DNA from: SAR202 cluster bacterium Io17-Chloro-G4
Lineage (GTDB): Bacteria > Chloroflexota > Dehalococcoidia > Lucifugimonadales > UBA3495
NCBI GenBank assembly: GCA_002816455.1
Contig: MUCR01000017.1
Span: forward strand, 6,702-70,701
Length of the DNA stretch: 64,000 nucleotides
Direction: 5' to 3'
A model generated the notes under the pieces. That model did no database searches, was not told the origin of the DNA, and was given only the letters and a program-made list of their open reading frames with translations. Position 1 is the stretch's first letter; the number at the start of each line of letters is the position of its first letter. Of this stretch, positions 33,697 to 42,227 are shown piece after piece. Both the position numbers and the translations under genes were made by a program.

Positions 33697-34995
33697 CTAA
33701 ATGATTCTCGACCCTGTCGGCTTATCGCCAATCACCCCTGTCTCTTCAAGTTCCATGATCTCTGGCTCAGTGAGGCCCAACAACTGTCCGTAAATCTGGC
33801 GGTTGTGCTGGCCTAAAGCCGGGGACGCCCACCTAATTTGGCCTGGCGTGACCGACATCTTCCAAGGAATCCCCGGATATTTGCGCACACCCACGTGGGG
33901 ATGGTCCACCGCCACAAAAGTATCCCGGTCCTTGTAATGCGCGTCCTCCAGCAGGTCCGGCCCCCGCAGCACCGGGCTGGATGGCACCCCGACCTCTTGG
34001 AGCCGTTCGGCCAGTTTGAATGCGTCTTGGGATTCGGTCCAGCGGGAGATTATCTCGTCCAAATCATCTTGGTTCCCCAGCCTGCCCTCGTTGGTGTCGA
34101 ACCGCGGGTCACTGGCTAAATTAGTGGCCAAATTAGTGGCCAATCCAGACCCGGCGACCAAACCAGCCAGCGCCCGCCACTGTTGGTCGTTGGTTACGGC
34201 GATGGTGATCCACCGGTCCTCTCCCAGGCAGGGATAGGCGTTGTGGGGAGCCACCCGGGGGGAATGATTGCCATTCCGCTCCGGCTCTTGTCCGCTGATT
34301 TGAAAGGCCAGAACCTCCGCCCCGATCAAAGACACAGCGGATTCTTGCTGGGAAACATCGATAAACATGCCCTTGCCGGTGCGGCGGCGGTGTCTGAGAG
34401 CGGCCAGGACCACGCCAGCAGCATGCGAGCCGGTGATGGGGTCGCCGTGATTGATTCCCGACTTCATTGGCCCGTCGCCAGCGTACCCGGTCATGTGGGC
34501 CATCCCGGAGAGTTGCTCCTGACCGATGCCGTAGGCCAGGTAGCTTTGCCACGGCCCGTCGTTGCCAAAGGCTGGCATCGAGACGTAAATTAGGTCCGGG
34601 CGGGATTTCTTCAAGGCATCATAGTCGTAACCCAGCCGAGCCAAACTCCCCTGGCGGAAGTTCTCTATCAAGACATCGCTGACTGACACCAACTTTTCGA
34701 ATACAGCCTGGCCTTCCTGAGATGTAAGCTCCAAAGTCACGCCGTACTTGCTGAAGTGCAAGCAATTAAACCAACCGTTCCGGTTCCAAGGTTCTTCTCC
34801 GGGCTCGCCATCAGGATAAGCGGCTATGCCCCGAGCGGGCGCTATCGGGCCCCGGTGGGAGTCATAAACGCTCAGGGACTCCATTTTGATGACCTCGGCC
34901 CCCAAGTCGGCCAGCAGCTTGGTGCAGTAGGGGCCGGCCCAAATGCGGGACAGGTCGAGAATCCGGTAATTTTCCAGGGGTTGTTTTATATTCAT
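33697..34995 (-). CDS. Family III CoA-transferase (CaiB/BaiF-type), catalytic Asp present
   Basis: Contains RILDLSRIWAGPYCTKLLADLGAEVIK. HGDPITG (Asp185) aligns with CaiB YTADYFSG (Asp169). Confidence 0.85.
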   Translation of the reverse strand: MNIKQPLENYRILDLSRIWAGPYCTKLLADLGAEVIKMESLSVYDSHRGPIAPARGIAAYPDGEPGEEPWNRNGWFNCLHFSKYGVTLELTSQEGQAVFEKLVSVSDVLIENFRQGSLARLGYDYDALKKSRPDLIYVSMPAFGNDGPWQSYLAYGIGQEQLSGMAHMTGYAGDGPMKSGINHGDPITGSHAAGVVLAALRHRRRTGKGMFIDVSQQESAVSLIGAEVLAFQISGQEPERNGNHSPRVAPHNAYPCLGEDRWITIAVTNDQQWRALAGLVAGSGLATNLATNLASDPRFDTNEGRLGNQDDLDEIISRWTESQDAFKLAERLQEVGVPSSPVLRGPDLLEDAHYKDRDTFVAVDHPHVGVRKYPGIPWKMSVTPGQIRWASPALGQHNRQIYGQLLGLTEPEIMELEETGVIGDKPTGSRII

Positions 34996-35061
34996 GCCAG
35001 AGAAATTTTTAAGAACACCGTCATTGTCACGCTATTTCTTGTCCATCTCGACTGCGAAATT

Positions 35062-35138
35062 GTCATTCTGAAATGTAGGTGAAGAATCTCATGGGCGTGG
35101 GCCTCAAGTCGCTAGATCCTTCGCTACACTCAGGTATA
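35062..35138. repeat. Repeat family 3, degenerate copy
   Basis: GTCATTCTGAAATGTAGGTGAAGAATCTC ... second arm eroded. Confidence 0.5.
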
Positions 35139-35183
35139 CATAACCTGGTAGGCAAGTTGGGATTTAAGCCTGGTCGCATTCGC

Positions 35184-36473
35184 CTAGATAACTCCGCCGT
35201 TTCGGAGGCCTTCGGCTTCATCCGCGGAGTAGCCTAGTTCACAGAGAATCTCTCCGGTGTGTTCCCCCAACAGCGGCACCCGCCGGTAGACCCAGGGTTC
35301 GAAATCAAGCTCACCTGTAGAGATCTTGCTTATGGGAGGTCCTGGGTATTTCAAGTTGCCCGCCACGGGGTGTTCCAAGTCCACGAAAAAGTTGCGGGAC
35401 ACCAATTGTTCCATATCAAGGATGTCCTCCATGGTAGCTACGTAAGCGAAGCCGAAACCGTGTTCTTGTCCTGCCTTAAAGATATCCACCTTGTCGTGTT
35501 CCAACAGCCAGGGCAGCATCAGGGCATCCACTTCGTCGGCGTTCATCATGCGCCCGTTGCGGGACCCGAAGCGAGGGTCGGCCAACTCTTCCCGCTCCAT
35601 AACCGCCGCCATTTCCGGCCAACGGTGGTCCGGCCCAGCGATGATTCCCACGTATCCGTCCTGGCAGGGATAGATCCCCCAAGCCGCCCGTCCGTAGCCC
35701 CGGTTACCCACCCGGTTGAACTCCTGGCCGGAGTAGCTGTATTGCATCAGGGCGTTTTCCAAAATGTTGGTGGCGTACTCAGCTATGGAAACGTCGATGT
35801 GCTGACCTTCACCCGTTTCTTCGGCATACATCAGCGCCGCCATCGACGCCACGAAGGCGTTTTGCCCGGCGCCCAGTTGGGCCAAAGGAGCGCCTTCCAT
35901 TAACGGCTCTTGGTCCGGCTCTCCAGTGATGTTCATCAAGCCACCGGCGGCGTAAAGGTTGATTTCGGCAGCTTTCCAATCCCGGTGGGGTCCGGTTTGA
36001 CCATAGTTGGAAATTGATGTCAACACCAGTGCCGGGTTCAACTCCTTCAAGTGGGCGGACCCCAAATTCAGCGAGTCCATAGTGCCGGGGGCGAAACTTT
36101 CCACTAAAATTTGGGAACTCTGGGCCAATCTACCCAGGACGTTGTGGCCTTCATCGGATTTCAGATCCAGCGTAATACTCTTCTTGGAAGTGTTTAGGTA
36201 GAGGAACCACGCTCCTGATTCAAGGATCCGGCTCTCCGCAGATGAGCTCGACTTATTGCCAGCAATTGATTTAGCGAAAGGACCGAATTGGCGGATTGGG
36301 TCACCCGCGCCCGGACGCTCCACTTTAATTACCTCGGCTCCCATAGTTGCCATGAGTTTGGTGCAGTAGGGACCGGAGATATAGTTGGTCAGATCCAGGA
36401 CGCGCACGCCTTGGAGCAACCCGGGAACCGTTGGATTCGGTGATTGGGTATCCCCAGACAGGCTGTTTGGCAT
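35184..36473 (-). CDS. Family III CoA-transferase paralog with Gln at the catalytic-Asp position
   Basis: Contains RVLDLTNYISGPYCTKLMATMGAEVIKVERPG. The aligned segment reads APLAQLGAG (Gln199; codon CAA at 35877-35879 on the minus strand). Confidence 0.85.
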   Translation of the reverse strand: MPNSLSGDTQSPNPTVPGLLQGVRVLDLTNYISGPYCTKLMATMGAEVIKVERPGAGDPIRQFGPFAKSIAGNKSSSSAESRILESGAWFLYLNTSKKSITLDLKSDEGHNVLGRLAQSSQILVESFAPGTMDSLNLGSAHLKELNPALVLTSISNYGQTGPHRDWKAAEINLYAAGGLMNITGEPDQEPLMEGAPLAQLGAGQNAFVASMAALMYAEETGEGQHIDVSIAEYATNILENALMQYSYSGQEFNRVGNRGYGRAAWGIYPCQDGYVGIIAGPDHRWPEMAAVMEREELADPRFGSRNGRMMNADEVDALMLPWLLEHDKVDIFKAGQEHGFGFAYVATMEDILDMEQLVSRNFFVDLEHPVAGNLKYPGPPISKISTGELDFEPWVYRRVPLLGEHTGEILCELGYSADEAEGLRNGGVI

Positions 36474-36739
36474 GTGTTGTGTTTTGCTCGAGTGGGAGAT
36501 TAAACTTTGACGCCAGGCGTAGACCGCCGAAGCAAAATCACCTAAGTTTCTGGGATTGTGTCACCGGTAGATACCAAAAGCAAGGCATCGGCAGAACCCG
36601 CCAGATTCGTTGCAATTCCGGACAAGCCTCTAGCTGAGTATTTATATGCTATTCTTCTAGCTGATCTGCAGGAGTAGTATTTCACGAATAAGCGCTGCTG
36701 CTTGGGACCAATACAACCCCTAAAGCAACTGGGAGAGAT

Positions 36740-37921
36740 ATGGAACGCCCTGTTTTTCAACCAGCGGGCACGCCAGTTACCGACATCGACACCCCGGCCT
36801 TGGTGGTGGACTTGGCGACCATGGAGTTGAACATTGAGGTAATGCACTCCTATTTCCGCCAGGCCAGCGCCAAATTGCGACCTCACGTCGCTGGCCATCA
36901 ATGCCCCCAAATTGCGCATAGCCAATTGGAAGCCGGGGGCACTGTGGGAGGCGTCAGCGTGAACACAGTTGGGGAAGCGGAGGTGTTCAGCGAGTCGGGA
37001 ATCAATAATATTGTTGTCGCGAGCCAAGTCGTGACACCGGCCAAGATTCGGCGCTTGTGCTCGGTTGCTCAGCGAAGCCGCATTGGCGTGGCGGTGGACA
37101 ACTCCAAGAACGTGGATGATTTGGCCGAGGCCGCTCAGGCGGCGGGTGTGACCTTGGAAGCCTACCTAGAACTCGACGTTGGCCGAGAAAGCTCCGGCGT
37201 GGCGGCGGGTCAACCAGCACTGGACTTGGCGAGGCAAATTTCCAAATTGGGCGGGTTGCATCTGGGTGGCCTGATGGCCATACCGCCCGCTCCCATTTCT
37301 CCGGTTCCCGGTTCTCCAGGTCCCGGTTCTCCAGGTCCCGGTTCTAAAGAAGAGGGCGGAGAAAAAATTTATCCCAGCCACGTTGAGCTCCGGCGGGAGG
37401 CAGTCCGAATATTGCAACCCGTGTTGGATACTAAGAGTTCCATGGATAGCGACGGGCTTCCCGTTCCGAACGTAAGCGTTGGCGGGACGTGGCTCTACGA
37501 CATCGCCGGGGAAATGCCGGGCATCACCGAAGTTCAGGCTGGCACGTACGCTCTTATGGACTACAATTCTTGCCAGCTCCGGGGCGAGTTCAGCCAGGCG
37601 GCCAAAGTTTTGGCCCAAGTAATCAGCCATCCGGTTGAGGGAACGGCTATTTTGGATGCGGGCCACAAAGCCACCGGTCCCGACTTGGGGATACCCATAT
37701 TGGAAGGCATGTTAGGGGCCACAGCCACTCGGTTCAGCGCGGAGCACGGCACTTTGGAATTAAATGGAGAGGCGGCGGCGCAATACAACCCAGGGGACAA
37801 GGCTTGGCTGCTTCCTTATCACCTGGGCCTTTGCTTGAACCAATACGATTACATCCGTGCGGTCCGGGACGGCAAGCTGGAAGGCTTTTGGCTAATGTCG
37901 GGCCGAGGCCAGTTTGGCTGA
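36740..37921 (+). CDS. DSD1/D-threonine-aldolase-like (alanine racemase N-domain fold) protein lacking the PLP lysine
   Basis: DTPALVVDL...KLRPHVAGHQCPQIA compares with KLRGHSKNHKTPAIA in the paralog at 42223-43323. It has a low-complexity insert PVPGSPGPGSPGPGS. Confidence 0.7.
   Translation: MERPVFQPAGTPVTDIDTPALVVDLATMELNIEVMHSYFRQASAKLRPHVAGHQCPQIAHSQLEAGGTVGGVSVNTVGEAEVFSESGINNIVVASQVVTPAKIRRLCSVAQRSRIGVAVDNSKNVDDLAEAAQAAGVTLEAYLELDVGRESSGVAAGQPALDLARQISKLGGLHLGGLMAIPPAPISPVPGSPGPGSPGPGSKEEGGEKIYPSHVELRREAVRILQPVLDTKSSMDSDGLPVPNVSVGGTWLYDIAGEMPGITEVQAGTYALMDYNSCQLRGEFSQAAKVLAQVISHPVEGTAILDAGHKATGPDLGIPILEGMLGATATRFSAEHGTLELNGEAAAQYNPGDKAWLLPYHLGLCLNQYDYIRAVRDGKLEGFWLMSGRGQFG
37298..37345. 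repeat. 15-bp in-frame tandem repeat (GGTTCTCCAGGTCCC x2 plus partial copies)
   Basis: tctCCGGTTCCC GGTTCTCCAGGTCCC GGTTCTCCAGGTCCC GGTTCT, encoding (S)PVPGSPGPGSPGPGS. Confidence 0.85.
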
Positions 37922-37943
37922 GATAATTTAACTGGAGGCATTC

Positions 37944-39581
37944 GTGGACCAGATCGTTGACGTAGCTTCGCGCTTGGGCATTGCAGAAGAGCACTTAATC
38001 CCCTATGGCCACTACAAAGCAAAAATCTCGCCGGACGCCATGACTTCCGGTAACGCCCAGGTGGGCAGAGGGAAGCTAATCGTGGTCACTGGGATCACGC
38101 CCACACCCGCAGGTGAAGGCAAAACAACCACAGCGGTTGGCCTGACCCAAGGCTTGGGCAAACTGGGCCACAATGCGGTGGTGACGTTGCGGGAGCCTAC
38201 ACTGGGGCCCATATTCGGTATTAAAGGCGGCGGCACCGGCGGCGGAAAGGCGGTGGTGGTGCCTGAGGACGAAATTAATATCCACTTCACCGGTGACGCC
38301 CATGCCGTAGCGTCCGCCCACAACCTGTTGGCCGCCTTGGTTGATAATGCGGTTTACCGCAACGCTGTGCCGGGACTGGAGCCAGTTGGAATTAGTTGGG
38401 CCAGGGTAACCGACTCCTCGGACCGGGCGCTACGGCAGGTGGTGACCGGATTGGGCGGCGACGCCAACAGTCCCCTTCGGGAGACCCGGTTCGACATTGT
38501 ATCCGCCTCGGAAATCATGGCGATTCTCGCTTTGTCTGCCGACTTCGAAGACCTGCGCAACCGGATCTCACGAATTATCGTGGGGACCACCAAAGACGGG
38601 ACGCCCGTGCCAGTGGACGACCTAGGAGTAACCGGGTCTTTAATGACGTTGCTACGGCAAGCTATCATGCCCAACTTGGTGCAGACCAGGGAAGGACAGC
38701 CTTCGATAATCCATGCCGGGCCGTTCGGTAACATTGCCCACGGATGCAACTCAATAATCGCCGACCGCACTGCTCTGGCCTACGCCGACTATGTCGTCAC
38801 CGAAGCCGGGTTTGCCTCGGACTTGGGATTCGAGAAGTTCATGCACATCAAAGCCCGGCAGAGCGGCCTTATTCCCAACGCAGCCGTCTTAGTGGCGTCG
38901 GTGCGAGCGTTAAAGTGGCACGGCGGAGCTCCCCGCAGAAGCTTAGAATCGCCAGACCCGGCAATGGTGCGTGCTGGCGCTGAGAATTTGGTCCACCACA
39001 TAAATGCCGTGGCAAGCTTTGGCATGCCCGTGGTCGTCGCAATTAATCAGTTCGGCACCGACTCCCAGGAAGAACTTGAGGAAGTGCGGCGAATAGCCTC
39101 GGAAGCAGGCGCACAAGCCGCCGTCGAGTGCTCCGGGTTTGCTCAAGGGGGTGACGGTGCTACTGCTTTGGCCGAGGCCGTTGCCGCTGCGGTTGTGGAA
39201 AAGGTGGACGTTAATTACGCCTATTCATTGGACGACTCTGTGGAAGACAAAGTGCTTTCCTTGGCCAAACGCATCTACGGCGCCGACGACGTTAGTTGGT
39301 CGCCGGACGCCCGGCGACGGTTGCGCTACTTCGAGGCTCAAGGATGGGGCAACCTTCCAATTTGTATGGCTAAGACCCACCTTTCAACCTCCCACGATCC
39401 TTCCCTAAGGGGTAGCCCCAAAGGCTATACTTTCCCCATTGGCGACATCCGGGCCTCGGTGGGGGCGGGCTTCTTGTACCCCTTGGCGGGCACCGTGGCC
39501 ACACTGCCCGGCTTGCCTTCAAAGCCCAGGGCGCTGAACATGGACGTATCACCGTCAGGCGACGTCATCGACCGGAGCTAG
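37944..39581 (+). CDS. fhs: Formate--tetrahydrofolate ligase
   Basis: Contains YGHYKAKIS, VTGITPTPAGEGKTTT, LREPSLGP-like LREPTLGPIFGIKGGGTGGG and PICMAKTHLS. The start is GTG after GGAGG. Confidence 0.9.
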   Translation: MDQIVDVASRLGIAEEHLIPYGHYKAKISPDAMTSGNAQVGRGKLIVVTGITPTPAGEGKTTTAVGLTQGLGKLGHNAVVTLREPTLGPIFGIKGGGTGGGKAVVVPEDEINIHFTGDAHAVASAHNLLAALVDNAVYRNAVPGLEPVGISWARVTDSSDRALRQVVTGLGGDANSPLRETRFDIVSASEIMAILALSADFEDLRNRISRIIVGTTKDGTPVPVDDLGVTGSLMTLLRQAIMPNLVQTREGQPSIIHAGPFGNIAHGCNSIIADRTALAYADYVVTEAGFASDLGFEKFMHIKARQSGLIPNAAVLVASVRALKWHGGAPRRSLESPDPAMVRAGAENLVHHINAVASFGMPVVVAINQFGTDSQEELEEVRRIASEAGAQAAVECSGFAQGGDGATALAEAVAAAVVEKVDVNYAYSLDDSVEDKVLSLAKRIYGADDVSWSPDARRRLRYFEAQGWGNLPICMAKTHLSTSHDPSLRGSPKGYTFPIGDIRASVGAGFLYPLAGTVATLPGLPSKPRALNMDVSPSGDVIDRS

Positions 39582-39631
39582 CAGGCTAATTTGCCAGAGA
39601 AAGGCATACGAGGTTTAGTCGAGGTCCGAAT

Positions 39632-40285
39632 ATGCGCATAGTTATGGTCCACGCCGTGGCCGAGTCCATACCTCCGGTCAAGCTGGCATTTGACGAAATT
39701 TTCCCGGAGGCCGAGGTGGTTAACTTATTGGACGAGGGTCTACTTCTGGACTTCGGCGAAGAGCTAACGCCCAAATTGCGGCGCCGCATGAGCCAGGTCA
39801 TTTGCTACTCCGCCGAGCACGGCGCCGATGCCGTGGGTCTGGCTTGCTCTGTGTACGCTCCGGTGGTGGACAGCGCCAAAGACTTAGTCGACATCCCGGT
39901 GGTGTCCTCTTATGGCCCGGTAATGGCGGAAGCGGCGGCGGCGGGACCGAGGGTGGGCATCATCGGCACGGTCAATGCCACCCTACGCGATTCCGAGTTC
40001 TACCTGAACAAGGCGGCCGTGGAGCAAAGTGTGGCTGTGGAAGTCGTTCCATGCCTTGCCCCTGACCTGATCCAAGTCCTCCGCCAAGAAGGCCAGGAAG
40101 GTTTTGAGCGCAGACTGGGCGAGGAAGTAACCAAGTTGGCCCCTCAGGTGGACGTTGTGCTCCTGGGCCAATTCTCCATGGCGTCAGCACTAGAATACCT
40201 TAAGGGGTTTTCCTCAGTCCCGATCTTGTCCGCTCCCCACAGTAGCGCAAAGCGCTTAAAGGAAATGCTGTCCCAGTCAAGTTAG
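39632..40285 (+). CDS. Asp/Glu/hydantoin-racemase-superfamily protein
   Basis: 217 aa in two pseudo-symmetric halves. The first active-site-like Cys context is GLACSVY. The second half reads LGQFSM, with no Cys, so it may not be a two-base racemase. Confidence 0.55.
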   Translation: MRIVMVHAVAESIPPVKLAFDEIFPEAEVVNLLDEGLLLDFGEELTPKLRRRMSQVICYSAEHGADAVGLACSVYAPVVDSAKDLVDIPVVSSYGPVMAEAAAAGPRVGIIGTVNATLRDSEFYLNKAAVEQSVAVEVVPCLAPDLIQVLRQEGQEGFERRLGEEVTKLAPQVDVVLLGQFSMASALEYLKGFSSVPILSAPHSSAKRLKEMLSQSS

Positions 40286-40330
40286 GTCAGCCAAGTTCAT
40301 CCCCTACATTATCCCAAACGGAGGCACTAA

Positions 40331-41263
40331 ATGGCCATTACCCCCCAATTAGAAGCCGTGAAACAAATGTTCATCTCCATGGGCGAACGGTCTAAGGAAT
40401 TGGGGACTATAGACGGCTTTCGCCTGGCTCTGGAAGAAACGATATCCCAGTTTCCCTTGGCCGGAGACGTCGTCTATGAAGGTATTAACGCTGGGGGCGT
40501 GGCAGCCGAATGGATTTTTGTTGAAGGGAAATCCGGTCAGGAGAAACACGGAGGAATAGCCAACGGCAATGTGGTGCTTTACCTTCATGGCGGCGGATAC
40601 GTAATCGGGTCGATGCGGGCCTACCGAGGCTTCCTATCCAGAGTGTCCCGAGCGACCGGAGCGAAGGTCCTCGGACTTAATTACCGGCTGGCTCCTGAGT
40701 TTCCTTTCCCGGCCGCTGTGGACGACTCAGTTGCGGCATACCGGTGGCTTCTCTCCCAGGGCATAAACCCCAGCAATATCGTAATCGGCGGAGATTCCGC
40801 TGGAGGCGGCCTGACCGTCGCCACCCTGGTTGCTCTGCGGTACTTGGGCGAGCCCATGCCAGCCGCCGGCGTTTGCATTTCGCCTTGGGTGGACCTGGAA
40901 GGCACCGGCGAGTCCATGACGAGCAAAGCGGAGATTGACCCCATCGTACAAAAGGAGGCGCTGGAATTCATGGCCCAGCTGTACATGGGCGAGCGGGACA
41001 GGCGGGCGCCCTTGGCCGCGCCGCTGCATGCCGACCTTCGGGGACTGCCGCCGCTGCTAATTCAGGTAGGCACCGCCGAGACGCTATTGGATGACTCAAC
41101 CCGTCTGGCAGACAAGGCAAAGTCCTCCGGCGTGAAGGTGGAGTTGGACATTTGGGAAGACATGATTCACGTTTGGCCGATCTTCGCCCCCGTGTTACCC
41201 GAAGGACAGCAGGCCATCGAGCGCATCGGCGAGTTTGTCCGCAAACAAACGAAGAGCCATTAG
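40331..41263 (+). CDS. Alpha/beta-hydrolase, HSL-type esterase/lipase
   Basis: It has the HGGGY oxyanion motif and the GDSAGG nucleophile elbow. Confidence 0.85.
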   Translation: MAITPQLEAVKQMFISMGERSKELGTIDGFRLALEETISQFPLAGDVVYEGINAGGVAAEWIFVEGKSGQEKHGGIANGNVVLYLHGGGYVIGSMRAYRGFLSRVSRATGAKVLGLNYRLAPEFPFPAAVDDSVAAYRWLLSQGINPSNIVIGGDSAGGGLTVATLVALRYLGEPMPAAGVCISPWVDLEGTGESMTSKAEIDPIVQKEALEFMAQLYMGERDRRAPLAAPLHADLRGLPPLLIQVGTAETLLDDSTRLADKAKSSGVKVELDIWEDMIHVWPIFAPVLPEGQQAIERIGEFVRKQTKSH

Positions 41264-41269
41264 AACATT

Positions 41270-41346
41270 TACCGCAGAGGCGCAGAGAGCGCGGAGTTTC
41301 AGGGGACCAATTTACTTTTCTCTGCGGCCTCTGCTTCTCTGCGGTA
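41270..41346. repeat. Repeat family 2 hairpin
   Basis: TACCGCAGAGGCGCAGAGAGCGCGGAG ... TCTCTGCGGCCTCTGCTTCTCTGCGGTA, 7 nt after the esterase stop. Confidence 0.8.
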
Positions 41347-41430
41347 ATATTGAATCGCCAAGGTGAGAGAGGCGATTAGAGCAAATCTAGCGGACTTGTC
41401 CTGTCAAGAAATATTTTAGAGAGGTGGAAA

Positions 41431-42120
41431 ATGATTTACGACTATCGCGTTTACACATTGGAACCCGGCGCTACCCAAGACTACATGGCTGGAGTCAGGG
41501 AACTGGGTTTGCCCATCCGCCAACGCCACGGCGTGACCCTGTCCGGCTGGTACCACAGCGACATCGGGGACCTGAACCAAGTGGTGCATATATGGGGCTT
41601 CAACGACTTGAAGCACATGGCCGAAGCCAAAGCTGCCGTCTACGCCGACCCCGACTGGGCCGGGAAGTACTTGCCTCGCAACCGGGGTTTGATCCAAGCC
41701 CAGAAGACTTACTTAATGAACGCACCGTCCTTTGCGCCGACCTACCCGGTCCATGGCGAGGCGGAGCCCGGTTCCGAGGATGCCAAGAGGCGGAATGAAA
41801 TGGTGTACGACTACCGCATGTACTCGTTTAAGGCCGGCGCGGTGCCCAAATATATGACTGCTGTTGAGGAAATTGGCGTGCCCATCCGCAAGCGGCACGG
41901 CGTTAAATTGGCGGGCTGGTTCTACAGCGACGTTGGCTTTCTGAACCGCGTGGTGCACATCTGGGCTTTCGACAACCCGAAGCACTTGATAGAGGCCAAA
42001 GCTGCCGTAGCCGCCGACCCGGACTGGACCGGGAAGTATATTCCCGCAGTAAGCGGGCTGCTGGCAGCCCAGAATGTCTCTTTGATGAAGTCAACCGACT
42101 TCGCCCCGGTGCCGGATTAG
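41431..42120 (+). CDS. Tandem NIPSNAP-domain protein
   Basis: It consists of two internal repeats (MIYDYRVYTLEPGA...VVHIWGFNDLKHMAEAKAAVYADPDW / MVYDYRMYSFKAGA...VVHIWAFDNPKHLIEAKAAVAADPDW). Confidence 0.75.
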   Translation: MIYDYRVYTLEPGATQDYMAGVRELGLPIRQRHGVTLSGWYHSDIGDLNQVVHIWGFNDLKHMAEAKAAVYADPDWAGKYLPRNRGLIQAQKTYLMNAPSFAPTYPVHGEAEPGSEDAKRRNEMVYDYRMYSFKAGAVPKYMTAVEEIGVPIRKRHGVKLAGWFYSDVGFLNRVVHIWAFDNPKHLIEAKAAVAADPDWTGKYIPAVSGLLAAQNVSLMKSTDFAPVPD

Positions 42121-42206
42121 GGGTTAGTTGAGTTAAGTGATGGGGCCCTTCGATGGGTCCGACATCGTCGAGACTCTCGATGGAATCGGAACTCAGGATG
42201 AGCGGG

Positions 42207-42227
42207 GGCTGACCGCTGATAGCTAAT
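42207..42227. repeat. Repeat family 4 (short copy overlapping a stop codon)
   Basis: GGCTGACCGCTGATAGCTAAT. It is preceded at 42140-42205 by a copy of the GGTCCGACATYGTC.AGACTCT.GATGGA element also seen at 1570-1605. Confidence 0.6.
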
